From the NCBI GenBank assembly GCA_004431415.1, contig QPMI01000551.1, positions 62,001 through 126,000 on the forward strand: 64,000 bases of DNA, given 5' to 3'. Source of the stretch: Cyanophora paradoxa CCMP329 (lineage: Eukaryota; Plantae; Glaucophyta). The notes beneath the pieces are model-generated. The model saw only the letters and a program-made list of their open reading frames with translations. It was not told where the DNA came from and did not search any database. Shown here one piece after another: positions 1 through 12,504 of this stretch. The first letter of the stretch is position 1. Every line of letters starts with the position of its first letter. Made by a program: the position numbers and the translations under genes.

Positions 1-45
1 CCCGCCCGGCCCGGCCCGGCGCGGCGCAGCTCACCGCGCTCGCAG

Positions 46-3000
46 AGACGCCCTGATCTCGCTGTTTCGCCTTCTGGCGCTCGAGCCGCGGCGCTGCGAG
101 CTGGGTCGCACGCTCGCCCTGCTCGGGCCCGGGGCCGGCGCAAGGCAGCAGGCGGCGCTGCAGCAGGCCAAGCCGCCCGCCGCTGCCCCCGCGGCCGCCG
201 CCGCGCCGGCGGCGGGGCCCAGCTCGAAGGGCGAGGCGGCGCCGGCGCCCGGGGCCGACGCTCCGGAGGAGAAGGAGATGAGCGAGGAGGCCGTCAGCGC
301 ATTGTACGCCGAGCTCGAGAAGTGCGCGTACCCCCCCGGCACCTCGCGCCGCCCGGGTACGCGTTCGATCCGTCCGGCGCCGATCCGTTCTTTCCGCAGG
401 GCCGACCACGCCCTCGAGGAGGCGGAGCAGCCGCGGGCGCTGCAGAGCGAGCTGCGGGGGTACCAGAGGCGCGCGCTCGGGTGGATGCTGCGGCGCGAGT
501 CCGGCGCCGGTCGCGAGCCGGGGGGGTACGGCGGCGCGCGGGCCGGCCGGCTGCACCCCCTCTGGGAGGAGTACAGGCGAGAACCCGTACCCCTGCCCCC
601 CCCCCCCCCCCCCCAGCGCACCCCCCATCCCCCAGTCTTCCGTCCCTTTCCCCCCCCTTCCCCCCCCCAATTCTCATCCCCCCCCCCTTCCCGTCAGGCT
701 CCCGAGCGGGCAGCCCCTTTTCTTCAACATCATGTCGGGTACCCCATCCCCCATCCCCCCACCCCCTCCCCCCGCCCTCGCCTCGCCCACGCGGCCCCCC
801 CTCCCCCTCCCCCCACCTTCCCCCCGCCCTCGCCCACGCGGCCCCCCGCAGGGGCCCTGTCTCTGCGCTTCCCGGCGGCGGGCCCGGGCACCCTCGGCGG
901 CATCCTCGCCGACGAGATGGGCCTAGGTAAGATGCCGAGGAGAGGAAGAGCTAATCAAGAAGAACTTAGAGCTGTAGGGGAGCTACTAAGAACCAAAAAC
1001 AAAGGCCCGGGCACCCTCGGGGGCGTCCTCGCCGACGAGATGGGCCTAGATGAGCTAAGCTAAGCTAAGAAGAGCTAAGAAGATCTAAAACTAAGAGCTA
1101 GGGCTGTAACAAAGGGCGCCCCGGTGAGGCGCCGTCGAGTAGAGGAGGGAGAGCCAGATAGAAGAACTAAGAGCTGAAAAAAGAACCGAAAGATCTACTA
1201 GGATCTACTAATAGAACAAATAGGGATCTACTAAGAACCGAAAACAAAATGAGGGCTGTAATGAGATAGAGAAGGAAGAGCCAAGAAGAACGCTATCTAA
1301 GAGCTCTAGCTATAGCCCTCCGCCCGCCCGCGCACCGCCCTTCGTCTTCTCACCGTGCGCGGGGCAGGCAAGACGGTCGAGGTCATCGCGCTGCTCGTGG
1401 CCGGCGGCGCCCGGGGCACCCCGAAGCCCCGGCCCGTCCCCTCCGCCCCCTCCTCCTCCGCCGCCGCCGCCGGGAGGCTCTGGACGGGGGGTACCCTCGT
1501 CGTGGTGCGCCGCATTCCCTCCCTTCATTCATTCCTTCCTCTCTTGGGCCCGTCTCGACCCGCCTCCGCCTCCTCGGCAGCTGCCGATGTCGCTGCTGGG
1601 GCAGTGGGAGGGCGAGCTGGCCCGCCACGCGCCCTCCGTGCGCCCCCGCCCCGCCCCGCCCCGCCCCGCCCCTCTACCTCGCCTCTGACTTCGCCTCCTC
1701 CGACGCCTTTGACCTCTTTCAGCTCTCTGTGGGGACGCACTACAGCGCGGGGCGCACGGCCTCCCCCGAGCACCTCGCCCGCTACGGTGCGACCCGCCCC
1801 CGCCCAAGATACTAGATACTAGATGCCGTCTCCTGAAGATACTAGAGCTCCTTACCGTCTCCTTAAGATAACAGAGCGAGCGGGCGTGCAGAGGCCCCGC
1901 CCCCGCCCACCCCGCCCCGCCCCGCCCCGCCCCGCCCCGCTCGCCTCGCCCCGCCCCTCCCCGCTCCGCCCCGCCTGTCGGCTACCGTCTGACTCTCTTT
2001 CTTGCACCTCGCTCAGACGTGGTGCTGACGACGTACGGGGTCGTCTCGAGCGAGCACGCCACCCGCGCCCTGTGCGAACAGGCCCCCCCCCCTCATCCCC
2101 CCCCTCTCTCCCCCCCCCGGCCCCCGCCCTTTCTTCCCCCTCTTTTTCTAGGCTCCGGCTCGTCGCGCCATGAGCGAGGCGCCCCGGCCCGCGCCCCCTC
2201 CCCCGTTTACTTCCCCCCCCCCCCCCCCCCCCCTCTTCCCGCACTTTTTCTAGGCTCGTCGCCCCCTGTGCAACGCCCGCTCCTCTTTCCCGTCTCGTCT
2301 CTCCTTCCCGCTCCGTGACAGGCGCCGGCTGCGGCGCAGGTCGGGCGACCGCGCGGCGCTCTTCGCGGTCCAGTGGCACCGCGGTGCGCCGGCCTCCGCC
2401 GCGCCCCCCGCGCGCCCTCTAAACGCGGCCTGCCCGATTCGGCGTGCACCGGCGGGAGCGCGCCCGCGCACGCCCCTGCACGATTTAGTCCCCCTCCGTC
2501 CACGGCGCACCGCCTTTGCCTTGTCCTGAGCGCGCGCAGCGGTGCTGGACGAGGCGCACGCGATCAAGGGGCGCGCAACGGCCACCGCCAAGGTCCGAAA
2601 GGCCCCGCGCGCCCCCGCGCCCCGGCGCCCATTAGCCCATTATACAATCACGAGCGGAGGAATCGCCCCACCTAGCCTTCTTAGCGCACCGCGGCCGCGC
2701 CCCCGACCGACCGCCGCGTCCCTCCTGAGCCGCCCGGCAGGCCGCTAACGGCTCTAGAAGCTTCGAGAGCTCTCATAAACTCTACTCTTGTTATTATGGT
2801 TATAAATCCGGCCCGGCAGGCGTGTATGGCGCTGGAGGCGGGGCGCCGGTGGTGCCTCACGGGGACCCCCATACAGAACCGCGTCTCCGACCTCCACTCC
2901 CTGGTCCGACATGATTCGATCCGATCATGATTTGATATGATTGTGATGTCTGGCGCGGGGGCAGCTGGCGTTCCTGCGGTACGAGCCGTGGGCGGACGTG

Positions 3001-3153
3001 CGCTTCTGGAACCGCTTCGTGCAGCGGCCGCACGGCGAGGGCGACCCCGCGGCCCTCGAGCGGCTGCGCGCCATCGCCGGCGACCTCGTCCTGCGCCGCA
3101 CCAAGGCCATGCGCGACCGGTGCGAAAGGGGCTAGGACGCGAGTTGGCTAAAA

Positions 3154-3189
<36 letters not shown>

Positions 3190-6100
3190 CGGCCGTGCGC
3201 GACGGAGCTAGAAGGCTATGGCGAGGTAGAGGGGGCCGCTCCGGAGGCTCTGCTGACGCGGTGTGGTCGCAGGGACGGCGCGCCGATCGCCGCCCTGCCC
3301 CCGCGCACGGTGCGCCGCCCTCTGAAAAGAATATTATAAAAGCCTGCACTAAAAGAATGTTATTAAAGATTGCAGTATGCTATATATAAGCTTTTAGTGC
3401 GGGCCCGCGCCGCCCGCTGAAAAGACGGCGCCGCAGGTGGAGACGGTCCTGCTTGACCCCTCGGAGGAGGAGCGCGACTTCTACGAGGCGCGCCCGCCCG
3501 CCCAAACTCTATAGCTTACATAGCATGCCGCAACCTTTTATAGCAATCTTAGTGCAAAGCTCATTATCTCTTTATGAAGCCCTCGACTTCTACGAGGCCG
3601 GCCCGCCCGCCCGCTCGCCCGCCCGCCCGCCCGCGGCCGCTCCCACTCCGCTTAGGCAGACGGCTGACTTGCAGCCTCGTCGCCTCAGGCGCTGTGGGCG
3701 AAGAGCCGCTCGACGGTGCAGAGCTACGCGGCCCAGGGGTGCGCCTAATTAACGAACCTAATGGAATCCTAATTAACGAACCTGTTCCTCGTGATGGGCG
3801 CCTAATTAACGAACCTAATGAAACGACCAACCGGCCAAAATACTTTTGATTTAGACAGCTACTTCAGACACCTGAAGCTAGTTTAGAGACCTTTAGAGGC
3901 TAGTTTAGCTACTTTAGAGCTACGCGGCCCGGGGGTGCGCGCGCGCGCGCGCCCCCGCCTCGAGCTCCCGCCCCGCTCCGCCACTCACGCACGCGCCTCC
4001 GCGCCCCGCAGGAAGCTCATGCAGGCGGGCCGATCCCCGCCCCCGCCCCCGCCTCGAAGAATCTGCCCCGCGGCTGACGTGGAGACGCGTGCGCACATAT
4101 ACACAGCAATTCGCGACGGTGCTGGAGCTGCTGCTTCGCCTCCGCCAGACCTGCGACGTGCGCCCGCGCCCGCGCCCGTGCCCGTCCCGCCCGCCCGCCC
4201 GCCCGCCCGCCCGCCCCCTGAGCCCCCGAACGGCTGCTCGGCACCTAATTAACGAACCTAATGAAACGATAAACCGGCCAAAATACAGACAGCTAATTTA
4301 GACACCTGAAGCTACTTTAGCTACTGTAGAAACCTGAGCCCCCGAACGGCTGCGCAGCACCCGTTCCTGGTGATGGGCGCCCCCGGCTTCGAGGGGGGCG
4401 TCGCCGGGTCCGAGGCGGCGGCGCGCTTCGCCGGGGGCCGCCTCTGCGCCGCCTGCTCCGAGGTCCGCCTCGAGAAACCGTAACCATAACATAGAATCAT
4501 AACCGTAGCCGTAACCGTAACAGCCAAGCCCGGAGCCATAACATAGAATCATAAATCATAAATCGTAAATCGTAAATCAACTTGTACAAGCCCTCATGCA
4601 AGGCCCCGTGCACCGCCCCTGCGCCGCCCTTTCCGAGACCCCCTGCCCTAGGCCTTTGCGCTCTGCCCTCATCTTAATCTCTCAATCTCACGTTCGACCT
4701 TGGCAGGCCCCCGAGGCCGGCGTCCTGTTGGGGTGCGGCCACGCCTGCTGCCGCGAGTGCGCCGAGTCTGCCCTCGAGCGCCCCGCCGGCCCCGGCCCCG
4801 GCCTCGGCCTCTGCCCCGGTCCGCCCGCCCGCCCGCCCGCCCGCGCTTCCCCCCTCGGATTCGGTGCACTGATTTAACGTCGGGCCGCAGCCGCGGGGTG
4901 CGGGAGATCCTTCTCGCGGCAGTCCCTGTCGAGCATGCCGCGGCCGTCCCTTGACCTCCGTAAGGCGCGCTGGCGCCCGTCCCTCTGGCCGCGTGCTGCC
5001 GCTTACTTTGCCCACGCCCCCTCCGCAGAACTGGCGGCCGAGCGCCAAGGCAAGGAAGGGGGTCGCGCCGCCCAAGCGCGCCCGAAGAGCCCCGCGCTGA
5101 CCGCCGCCGCCGCCCCCGCCGCCGCCGCCGCCGCAGATCAAGGCGCTGATGGAAGACCTGCGGTCGGACTTCGGAGGCGGGGCGGCGACCGCCGGCGCGC
5201 AGCCGCCGCCGCCGCCGCCGCCGGCGCCGGCGCCCAGCTCGAAGGGCGATCGCGATGTCGAGGAGCGGAGTTCCAGCGGCGGCGGCGCCGCCGTCGCCGG
5301 CGCCGGCGCCGGCGTCAAGCGGGAGCCGGAGGAGGTCGAGGTCGAGGGCGAGGGCGAGGGCGATGAGGAGGGCCCGCCGCGGAAGGCCGCGCGCGCCTCG
5401 CGCTCGTCGGACGCGAGCAGCTCGGGCGGCGGGGGCGCGGGCCGCGCCTCCGCCGCCTCCGCCTCCTCCTCCGCCTCCTCCAAGGCGGCGGAAGTCGAGG
5501 TGCGCACGTGCCAACGGCGTTTTGTTGGGAATCGCCGTTCCCAACAAAGACTCCCAACGTGGGTCTCTAGAGCTGGCACTCAGACTCGAATTCAAACTCA
5601 GGTGATCGACCTGGGGGACAGCGACGACGAGGAGGAGGAACGGCGCGCCCGAGAGCCCCCCGCCACGGCGCCGCTGGCACCGGCGCCGGCGCGCCCCGCG
5701 CCGGCGCTGCACCCGCTCATGCGCAAGGCGGCCGAGTCGAAGCGCAAGTCTCCCGCGCCGGCGGCTGGGCGCAGCAAGGTCATCGTCTTCTCGCAGTGGA
5801 CGGTGCCCCCCACGAACCGAAACTCAAACTGCTTAAGCTTTAATGGTCTTAAGCTTAAGCTTATCTTAAGCTGCTTAAGCCTTAGTGGTCGGGGCCGGCC
5901 GCGCAGGGGATGCTGGACATCGTGGAGGAGGCGCTGCGGAGGGAGTCGCTCGCCTTCCGCCGCCTCGACGGCAGCCTCTCCCAGGTCCGAAGAGGAAGAA
6001 GACCACGGGCTTAGGCCTAGCCACTCTCCCCCTTCCCCCTTCTGAGCGCCTCTCCCAAGTCCGCAAAACCTGAGCCTAGGCCCAGCCGCTACCCCCCCCC

Positions 6101-7939
6101 CCTTTCCCCCCCCAGCCCCCACCCCCCCACCCCGCGGGAGCCTCCCCCTTGTCCGGTTTCGAAGACCCCGGGCCGCCCGCCCGCCTGCACTGGGCCCCGA
6201 CCTCTCCTGGCGCCGCTCTCGCTCTCTCTCTCTCTCCCTCTCTAGCTCCCGCTAGCTGTAGAGAGCTCCCGGCCACCGGGCGGGCCCTCGTGATTCCGCC
6301 TCCTCGCGCGGCTCTCCCTGAGCGCCGCGCATGCGCAGGTGCAGCGGGAGCGGGTCCTCAAAGAGTTCGCCGAGGACCCCGCCGTCGCCGTCTTCCTCGT
6401 CTCCCTCAAGGTACCCAAGGGCAGCGCGCGGCCGAGGCCACCACTACCTAAGCACCCGAAGCCTTCTAAGCCACCTGAAATCGGAGGGTGTGCCCAGTGC
6501 TAGTGCTAGAGGCCCAAGACTTGGAGTCGCACGTGTTTGTCTGCCTTTACAGAGGCCCCTCAGCCCTCTGGCGCCGCCCCGCTGCTCCCCCCTGACGCCG
6601 CCCCGCCCCCGCCCCGCCCCGCCCCGTGCCGCCCGCCCCGCCCCGCGCCGCCCCGCGCCGCCCCGCCCTCGCATGCACATGTGTTCAACTGCAAGTAGAG
6701 GCCTCTCGGCCCTCTGACGCCGCCCCGTCCCGCCCCGCCCCGGCAGGCCGGGGGCGTCCTTAGTTGCTTACAGTCAATTCCCTTAGTTGCTTAGTTACTT
6801 AGTTGCTTACTACGCGCCGGCAGGCCGGGGGCGTCGGGCTGAACCTCGTCGCCGCCTCCCGCGTCGTCCTCCTCGACCCCTGGTCCGCCCCCGCCCCCCC
6901 CCCCCCCCCCCCCCCCCCCCGGAACGCCTAGGGCTGGCGGAGATCGGCCCCCTCGCCTGTCCTGTCTCTCCTAGACCCCTGCCTTGGGCTATCTCTCCTC
7001 AACCCCTGGTCCGCCCCTCCGGGGGCCCGGCGGCCCTTGCCTATCTCTCCTCGAACCCTGCCAAATTAAACCTAAGCCACCTCGGGCTATCTATCCTCGG
7101 CCCTTGGTCCTCGCCGAGTCCTTGCGCTTGCTCTCGAGCCGCGAGCCACGGGCCGCGGGCCGCGGCCCCGCCCGTCTGACGCGAGCGGGCGGCGGGCGGG
7201 CGGGCAGGTGGAACCCGGCGGTGGAGGAGCAGGCCATCAACCGCGTCCACCGCATCGGCCAGGTCCGCCCCGCCCGCCCCAGCCCGAGCCAGGCCGGGCC
7301 AGGCCGGGCCAGGGCCAGGGCCGGCTCGAGCTTGGACCTATGTGCATAGAGCCGCCCCGAGCCGCCCCGGCCCAGCTAGCGCTGGCCAGGCCAGGCTAGA
7401 GGCGGGGGACAAGAGGGGCGGCAGGGGCGGCCCCCCCTGGGACCCCCCCCCCCCCCCCCCCTCTCCATCTCGCCCCGGCGTCCCTCACGCTGGAGGCCGG
7501 CGTGCGCAGGCGGCGTCGGTGCGGGTGCGGCGGTACGTGGTCCGGGGCTCTGTCGAGGAGCGCGTCCTCACCCTCCAGGTCCGCCCCTCAGCGGTCTTAG
7601 CAGCGGCCCTTCGCAGCGGCCCTTGCATATATTAGCAGCCCTTATATCCTCCAGGTCCGCCTTAGATCCTATTTGGGCCTTAGCAGCGGCCCTTTTATTT
7701 TTAGACTAGGCCTCATTAAACTAGCAGCGGCCTTTAAAGAAGGCCCTTGAAATAGCGGCCCCAGATCCGTCCACTTCAGGTTCTAGCAGCGTCCACGTGC
7801 ACTGAGGCGGCGGCGGGGCGGGCCGGGGCGGCGCGCGCAGGAGCGGAAGGGGGCGCTGGCGGAGAGCGTGCTCGGGGGCGGCGGGGCCGGCGGGGCCGGC
7901 CTCACCGCCGACGACCTCGCGTTCCTGTTCCAGCTGTAG
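46..7939 (+). CDS. RAD5: SNF2-family DNA helicase/E3 ligase of the RAD5/RAD16/HLTF group (SNF2_N + C3HC4 RING + HELICc), multi-exon, 5' end outside window
   Basis: Exons spliced by eye give, in order: LRGYQRRALGWM, GGILADEMGLG|KT (Walker A), VVLTTYGVV, VLDEAHAIK (DExH), RWCLTGTPIQN, LVLRRTK, LLRLRQTCD|HPFLV, RING CAAC..CGHACCREC..CRAC, KVIVFSQWT, RLDGSLSQ, AGGVGLNLVAASRV, WNPAVEEQAINRVHRIGQ and GSVEERVL. Stop TAG at 7937-7939. Confidence 0.92.
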
Positions 7940-9065
7940 TGTATATATGTAAATTAAATGCGTAGCCTGCAGCTGGGCGATGAGAACTTGTTTCGCTCGA
8001 AATAAACAGACTTCCGAATAGATCATGATTCAGGCGTCACTGATCATGAAGGACTTGAGCTGACGCGTCCTCGCGCGCGATCGAGTGGATACTTTAAATT
8101 TTGCATGGCACGCGGCGCGGACATGGCCGATCAGTGCATGGCATGCGCACGCGGCCATGGCCAATTATTAATTGCAGACTCTCTAATAAGTTACTAAGTT
8201 TCTTTCAAGTTTGATTGCGAAGTTCATGATCAGGGTCTCGAGCAGCGTCACGGCCGCGGGCGTACTAAGGTAACCACGGTCACCGGGTATTTTAACAAAG
8301 CGACTGCAACTAAAACAATTAATATTGTAACTTGTACTGCATTGTATATATATTATAGTAAGTACCTGCTGCTTGATCATGCTCTGTTGCTGTACTACTA
8401 GACTAGTGTCACACGGTGACCTCATAAGCTGCATCTGCTGCTGTAACTGAGTGAAGGTGACAAGTAGGAAACGATCGCGATAGGAAAGAACTGTACAATA
8501 TTAATTTGCCATAAGCGTCCATATGAGTCCTTGCGTCTAGATCTCTGACATGAGCTTGCGGTTATCTAGCGCATGCGAAACTTGAAAGTAAAACTAGTAC
8601 TACTGCGGATACATGGAGATACGCAGCGACTCGGCTTATACATGGAGATACGTACGTATGCGTAACGTTAACCCACATGTGCATGTACAACTTGGCAATT
8701 GCAATTGGCAAGCGAAACCCGAAAAGAAAAGCTAAGAGAGGTACTAGTGCTGCAGCAACTCAACTCGCTAAGGAGAGGAGTTCGAATGGACGAACTCAAT
8801 GCCGGCTCCTTGGGTACTACTTGCGACGCTTCTACACATCGGACTCGGGGGAGGTACAAGGAGGCTAGGATCGGAATATTAATGGCGCTGGAAATGAGAG
8901 ATCGGTACACGGCCGCATGAGCATGAGCATTGTGCCAGAAAGATATTCAGTCCGAAATCGAAACGGAACAGCCTGCAGCTGGCCCAGTGGGACCGCCTTC
9001 CTGGGGGGACCGCCGGCGTGGCGCCGGGACCTCCCCGCTCCGGTTCCCGGCCGCGCCGGTCATGA

Positions 9066-11505
9066 TCAAGCCGCGCCATCCTCGAGCTCGCTCAAGCTCC
9101 TGCGGCGGATGCGGAGCAGGTGCCCCATTCTGTTGTTCAGCGCGATGCGCCGGAGATCGACGCTGCAGAGGGGCTCCGCCAGGGGCTCCGCCAGCTCGGG
9201 CGGGGCGCTGCCGGCCCGCGGGGGCGCGTCGCGATCGCCAGCGCCGGCCCCGTCCCGCCTCGAGCTCCCGAGCTCCAGGTCGGCCTCTGCAGAATTCAAA
9301 TTCAAATTCAAAATTTCAAACTGAACCGCATTCGCTCTGACTCGGTGAACTCGGGCGGGCGCACCGGAGTGGGGCCTGCGGAGCTCGCTGGCGCCAGCGG
9401 CGCGGGCGGCGCGGGCGGAGAGGAGCTTCAGAACATCCGATCCGTGCGCGCTGCAGCACCCGATCGGCACCTCTGCGGGCAGGCATAAATTAATAAGCTT
9501 ATATAAACAAGAACGAAGCTCGATCGCGAGCTCGAGCTCGAATATCAAATTCGAGGCGAGCGCACCGAACCAGGGCTTGAGGGCGGCGCGCATGGGCGGG
9601 CAGGCAGGCCGGACGACGGAGTCGCAGAGGGCGGCGAGGAAGACGACGCAGAGGTCGTCCCCCAGGCCGGCGTCGAGGGCGAGGAGGCGGAGCCCGGCGA
9701 CCGAGCGCCGCGTCGCGACCTCGCCGGCCCAGTTCCGCGCCACCTCGCGCAGGGAGGCCTCGAACGCGGCCCGCTCCATGCCGGGCCGGCCCCGCGAATC
9801 CGCCGCCTGGCGCGGCGAAGCGTGAGCCAGGCCGAGGTGCAGAGACGAGGCGAGCGAGGTTGCAGGGGGTGGCGCATGCGCACCCAGTTCTGCCGTGCGA
9901 GGGCACGCCCCGCGGACAGGCTCCAGGGGGAGCCAGAGGGAGTGAGCGCCCTGCGAGCACAACCGCCTCAGAAACAAATGCAAATTCTAACTTCAAGCGA
10001 AAAGAGCGGCTGCTTTAATGTTCTATTTGACGAAATAATCGAACTCAAGTGCGCACTTGTGCAGTGCGAGGTGGAATAGCTGCGCGAAAAGAAGCCGCCC
10101 GTTAAAACCGGATCCGGGCAAGAAAAAGGCGGCGCCCGATTCGGATTCCCGGGGTACCTCGTAGCTGCCGAAGTCGAGCTTGATGCTCGGGTCGAGTTGG
10201 TCGGGCGGGCTGACGCGGCCTGTACATGTCTCCGAGCCGCGGTTGACGCTGGGGCTCGAGCTCGCGGTCGCGTTCAGGGGCCTCGGCGACTGCAGCTGGC
10301 CATGGCGCTGGATCTCGGCGACGCGCATCGGGCACGAGGGCGAGGGCGGGAGCATGAAGGGCCGCGCGACTGCGGACTGGGCGGCCGCGGCCGCGGGCGC
10401 CGGCGCCGGGGCCGGCGCCGATGTCGATGTCGGGGAGGGTCCGGATCGGGGCGCGGGCGTTGGAAGGGCGTCCAGTGCGGGCGCGGGAGCCCCCGAAATC
10501 GAATTCGAACCCGGAGGGGGCCGGCGGAAGCTCAAGCTTCGCGGCCGCGGCTCGCGGTCGATGTCGGACCCCCGGGATGACCGCGATTCTGCGCCGCTGG
10601 ACTTGGCGTCGTCGACGTCGACGTCGTCAATGGCGAACGAGAGGACAGCGTTCCACAGCTGCGCATGCGGGAGTGTTTAGCGCAAATAAAATCATTGAAT
10701 TTTGACAGTGAGTTTGAATGTTTAACGGCCGGCGCCGCGGTCACCTTGCCGATGAGCTCAGAGGCAGTGGGCGGGATCTGCCTCGGCCGGCGCGGCCGCC
10801 TCGCCTCCACGCGCTGCAGCTCCCCCTCTTCAACAAGGGAGCCGGTGCTGCCGCGCCGGTGGGGCAGTAGGCCTTGCCCGAGGCCAGTGGCCGCGCCCGG
10901 CCGCGCCCGCGGGAGCACAGCATTTTCGCACGCCGCAGCGGGCTCTCTATCTGGATGGCCGGCGCCAGGGGCGATGTCGAAGATTGTGATGAAGGCCGCG
11001 GGCGCGGTGGGAGTGTTCTGTGGGAACAGCCCCAAACGGGTGAGAAACCGTTGGTAAAGCTTAAGCATTTGTTATAATAATTATAGTGTCAAAGGATGAT
11101 CGCAATGCGCAGCACCTGAGACAGCAGTTTCGACTCCACGAGCGGCTTCAGCTTCAAATCGAAAAGCGGTGTTGGCGTAGGCGATGTCGATGCATGTTGA
11201 CGCGTGCGTGCTCCTTCATTGACATTCAAGCTGAAGTCGGCAGCTACGCATGCTGTGACATCGACGGCTGCCGGCTGATCTGCCCGCGCTGCACCGCGGC
11301 CGCGAACGAACTCCGCGGCCAGATAGCTGCAGCGGGCCATGGCCGAGGCTGGAGCGCTGCCACACGCGAACAACTTTGGCCCAGGGAGTGCTGGAAACCC
11401 AGGGCTGCTGCAGCTCAGCATGAAGAGGTCGGACAATCGCAATGGCGACGTCCGACGGTTGTTGCGAGATTGATGGGACGCGTATATAAGCGCGACTGCG
11501 CGCAT
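9066..11505 (-). CDS. Hypothetical multi-exon protein (one gene or two), no recognised domain
   Basis: Chain of minus-strand ORF segments with protein-like composition (e.g. MERAAFEASLREVARNW..., LWNAVLSFAIDD..., FNGRLLFAQLFHLALHK) separated by intron-like stretches. Boundaries are uncertain. Confidence 0.35.
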
Positions 11506-12504
11506 GCAGCTTAATGTGGGTCTACAGCTCAGCGGCTAGAGCACGCGCGCACGGCCGCCGAACTCGGAAGATCAGCGCTCTGATCCAAACTTAAGCTTGA
11601 GCGCGCGAGCCGGCGCGGCTACTCGGCTGCGCGGGCTGGGATTCCTGGTCCCGCGTCCGCGGCCGGTGGGAATCGGACGCGGAAAGCTTAAGCCTAAGAA
11701 AGAAAGAGAGCGAAGGCGACCGCGGCCCGGCGGCCGTCGGACTTCAGCTTGGCGACGGAACGCCGGCGTAAACGTGCAACCGTTGTTCGCGCATGCGGCG
11801 AGTTGGCGCGGGCCGGGCCGCGCGGCGCGCGCGGCGATCGCAGCGGATCGCTTTACTAAGTTAGCTAGCTGGAGCCTGGAGGGCCAGTGGCCCAGTGGAA
11901 CTGTGGAAGGCGCGCACTGGAGGCTGGCAGTGCCTGGCACTCATCAGGCTGCAGCCTGCAGCAGCAGCCGTTGACTTAATCCCCGCTACACATGGGGTAC
12001 ACCGTCACCGCGCCGAGCACTGATCCGGACCAGTGATGGCTACGTGTTCGGACAACTTCGGACGTGTTCGGACGTTCGTTATATCATCGTGAACGTTCCG
12101 GTTAACCGGTTCGTTACCGGACTCTAACCGGAGTAACCGGACTGCGGGCCAGTCTGCAGGCTGCAGCTGCGGCGGACACCGCCGGACTCCGGGACAGTCC
12201 GACGGTCGACTGTCGACGTCGCCGCGGGCCGCGGACTCCACAGCCCGGCCCGGCCCGCCCGGGAGTCCGGGACTCCGCGACACTGTGACAGTCGGCGGCG
12301 ACTCGGCGCGACTATCATAGTATATATACCGTAATAATATACGTAGCAGTACTATATATACTTGCTATGATATGGTCATCATATGGAACTTTTTCATTCT
12401 ATGGTACTACGGTAATGATCTTGCAAAATTGATTCACGATCGAGCACTAGTCGACGTCTGATTCGCCATTAATTATAAAGGAGCGGCCCGCAGGCCCCCA
12501 TTGC

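Noticed and set aside
8699-8980. Possible transposase fragment (LGTTCDASTH..YKEARIGI)
   Set aside because: Too short and interrupted by stops, so it cannot be supported without an HMM search.
12421-12427. TTGCAAA as a 7-bp TSD for the 12.5-kb LINE
   Set aside because: LINE-like composition and reading frame begin near 12505, and the closer ATTGC fits the TSD length of the second copy. It is not fully excluded.
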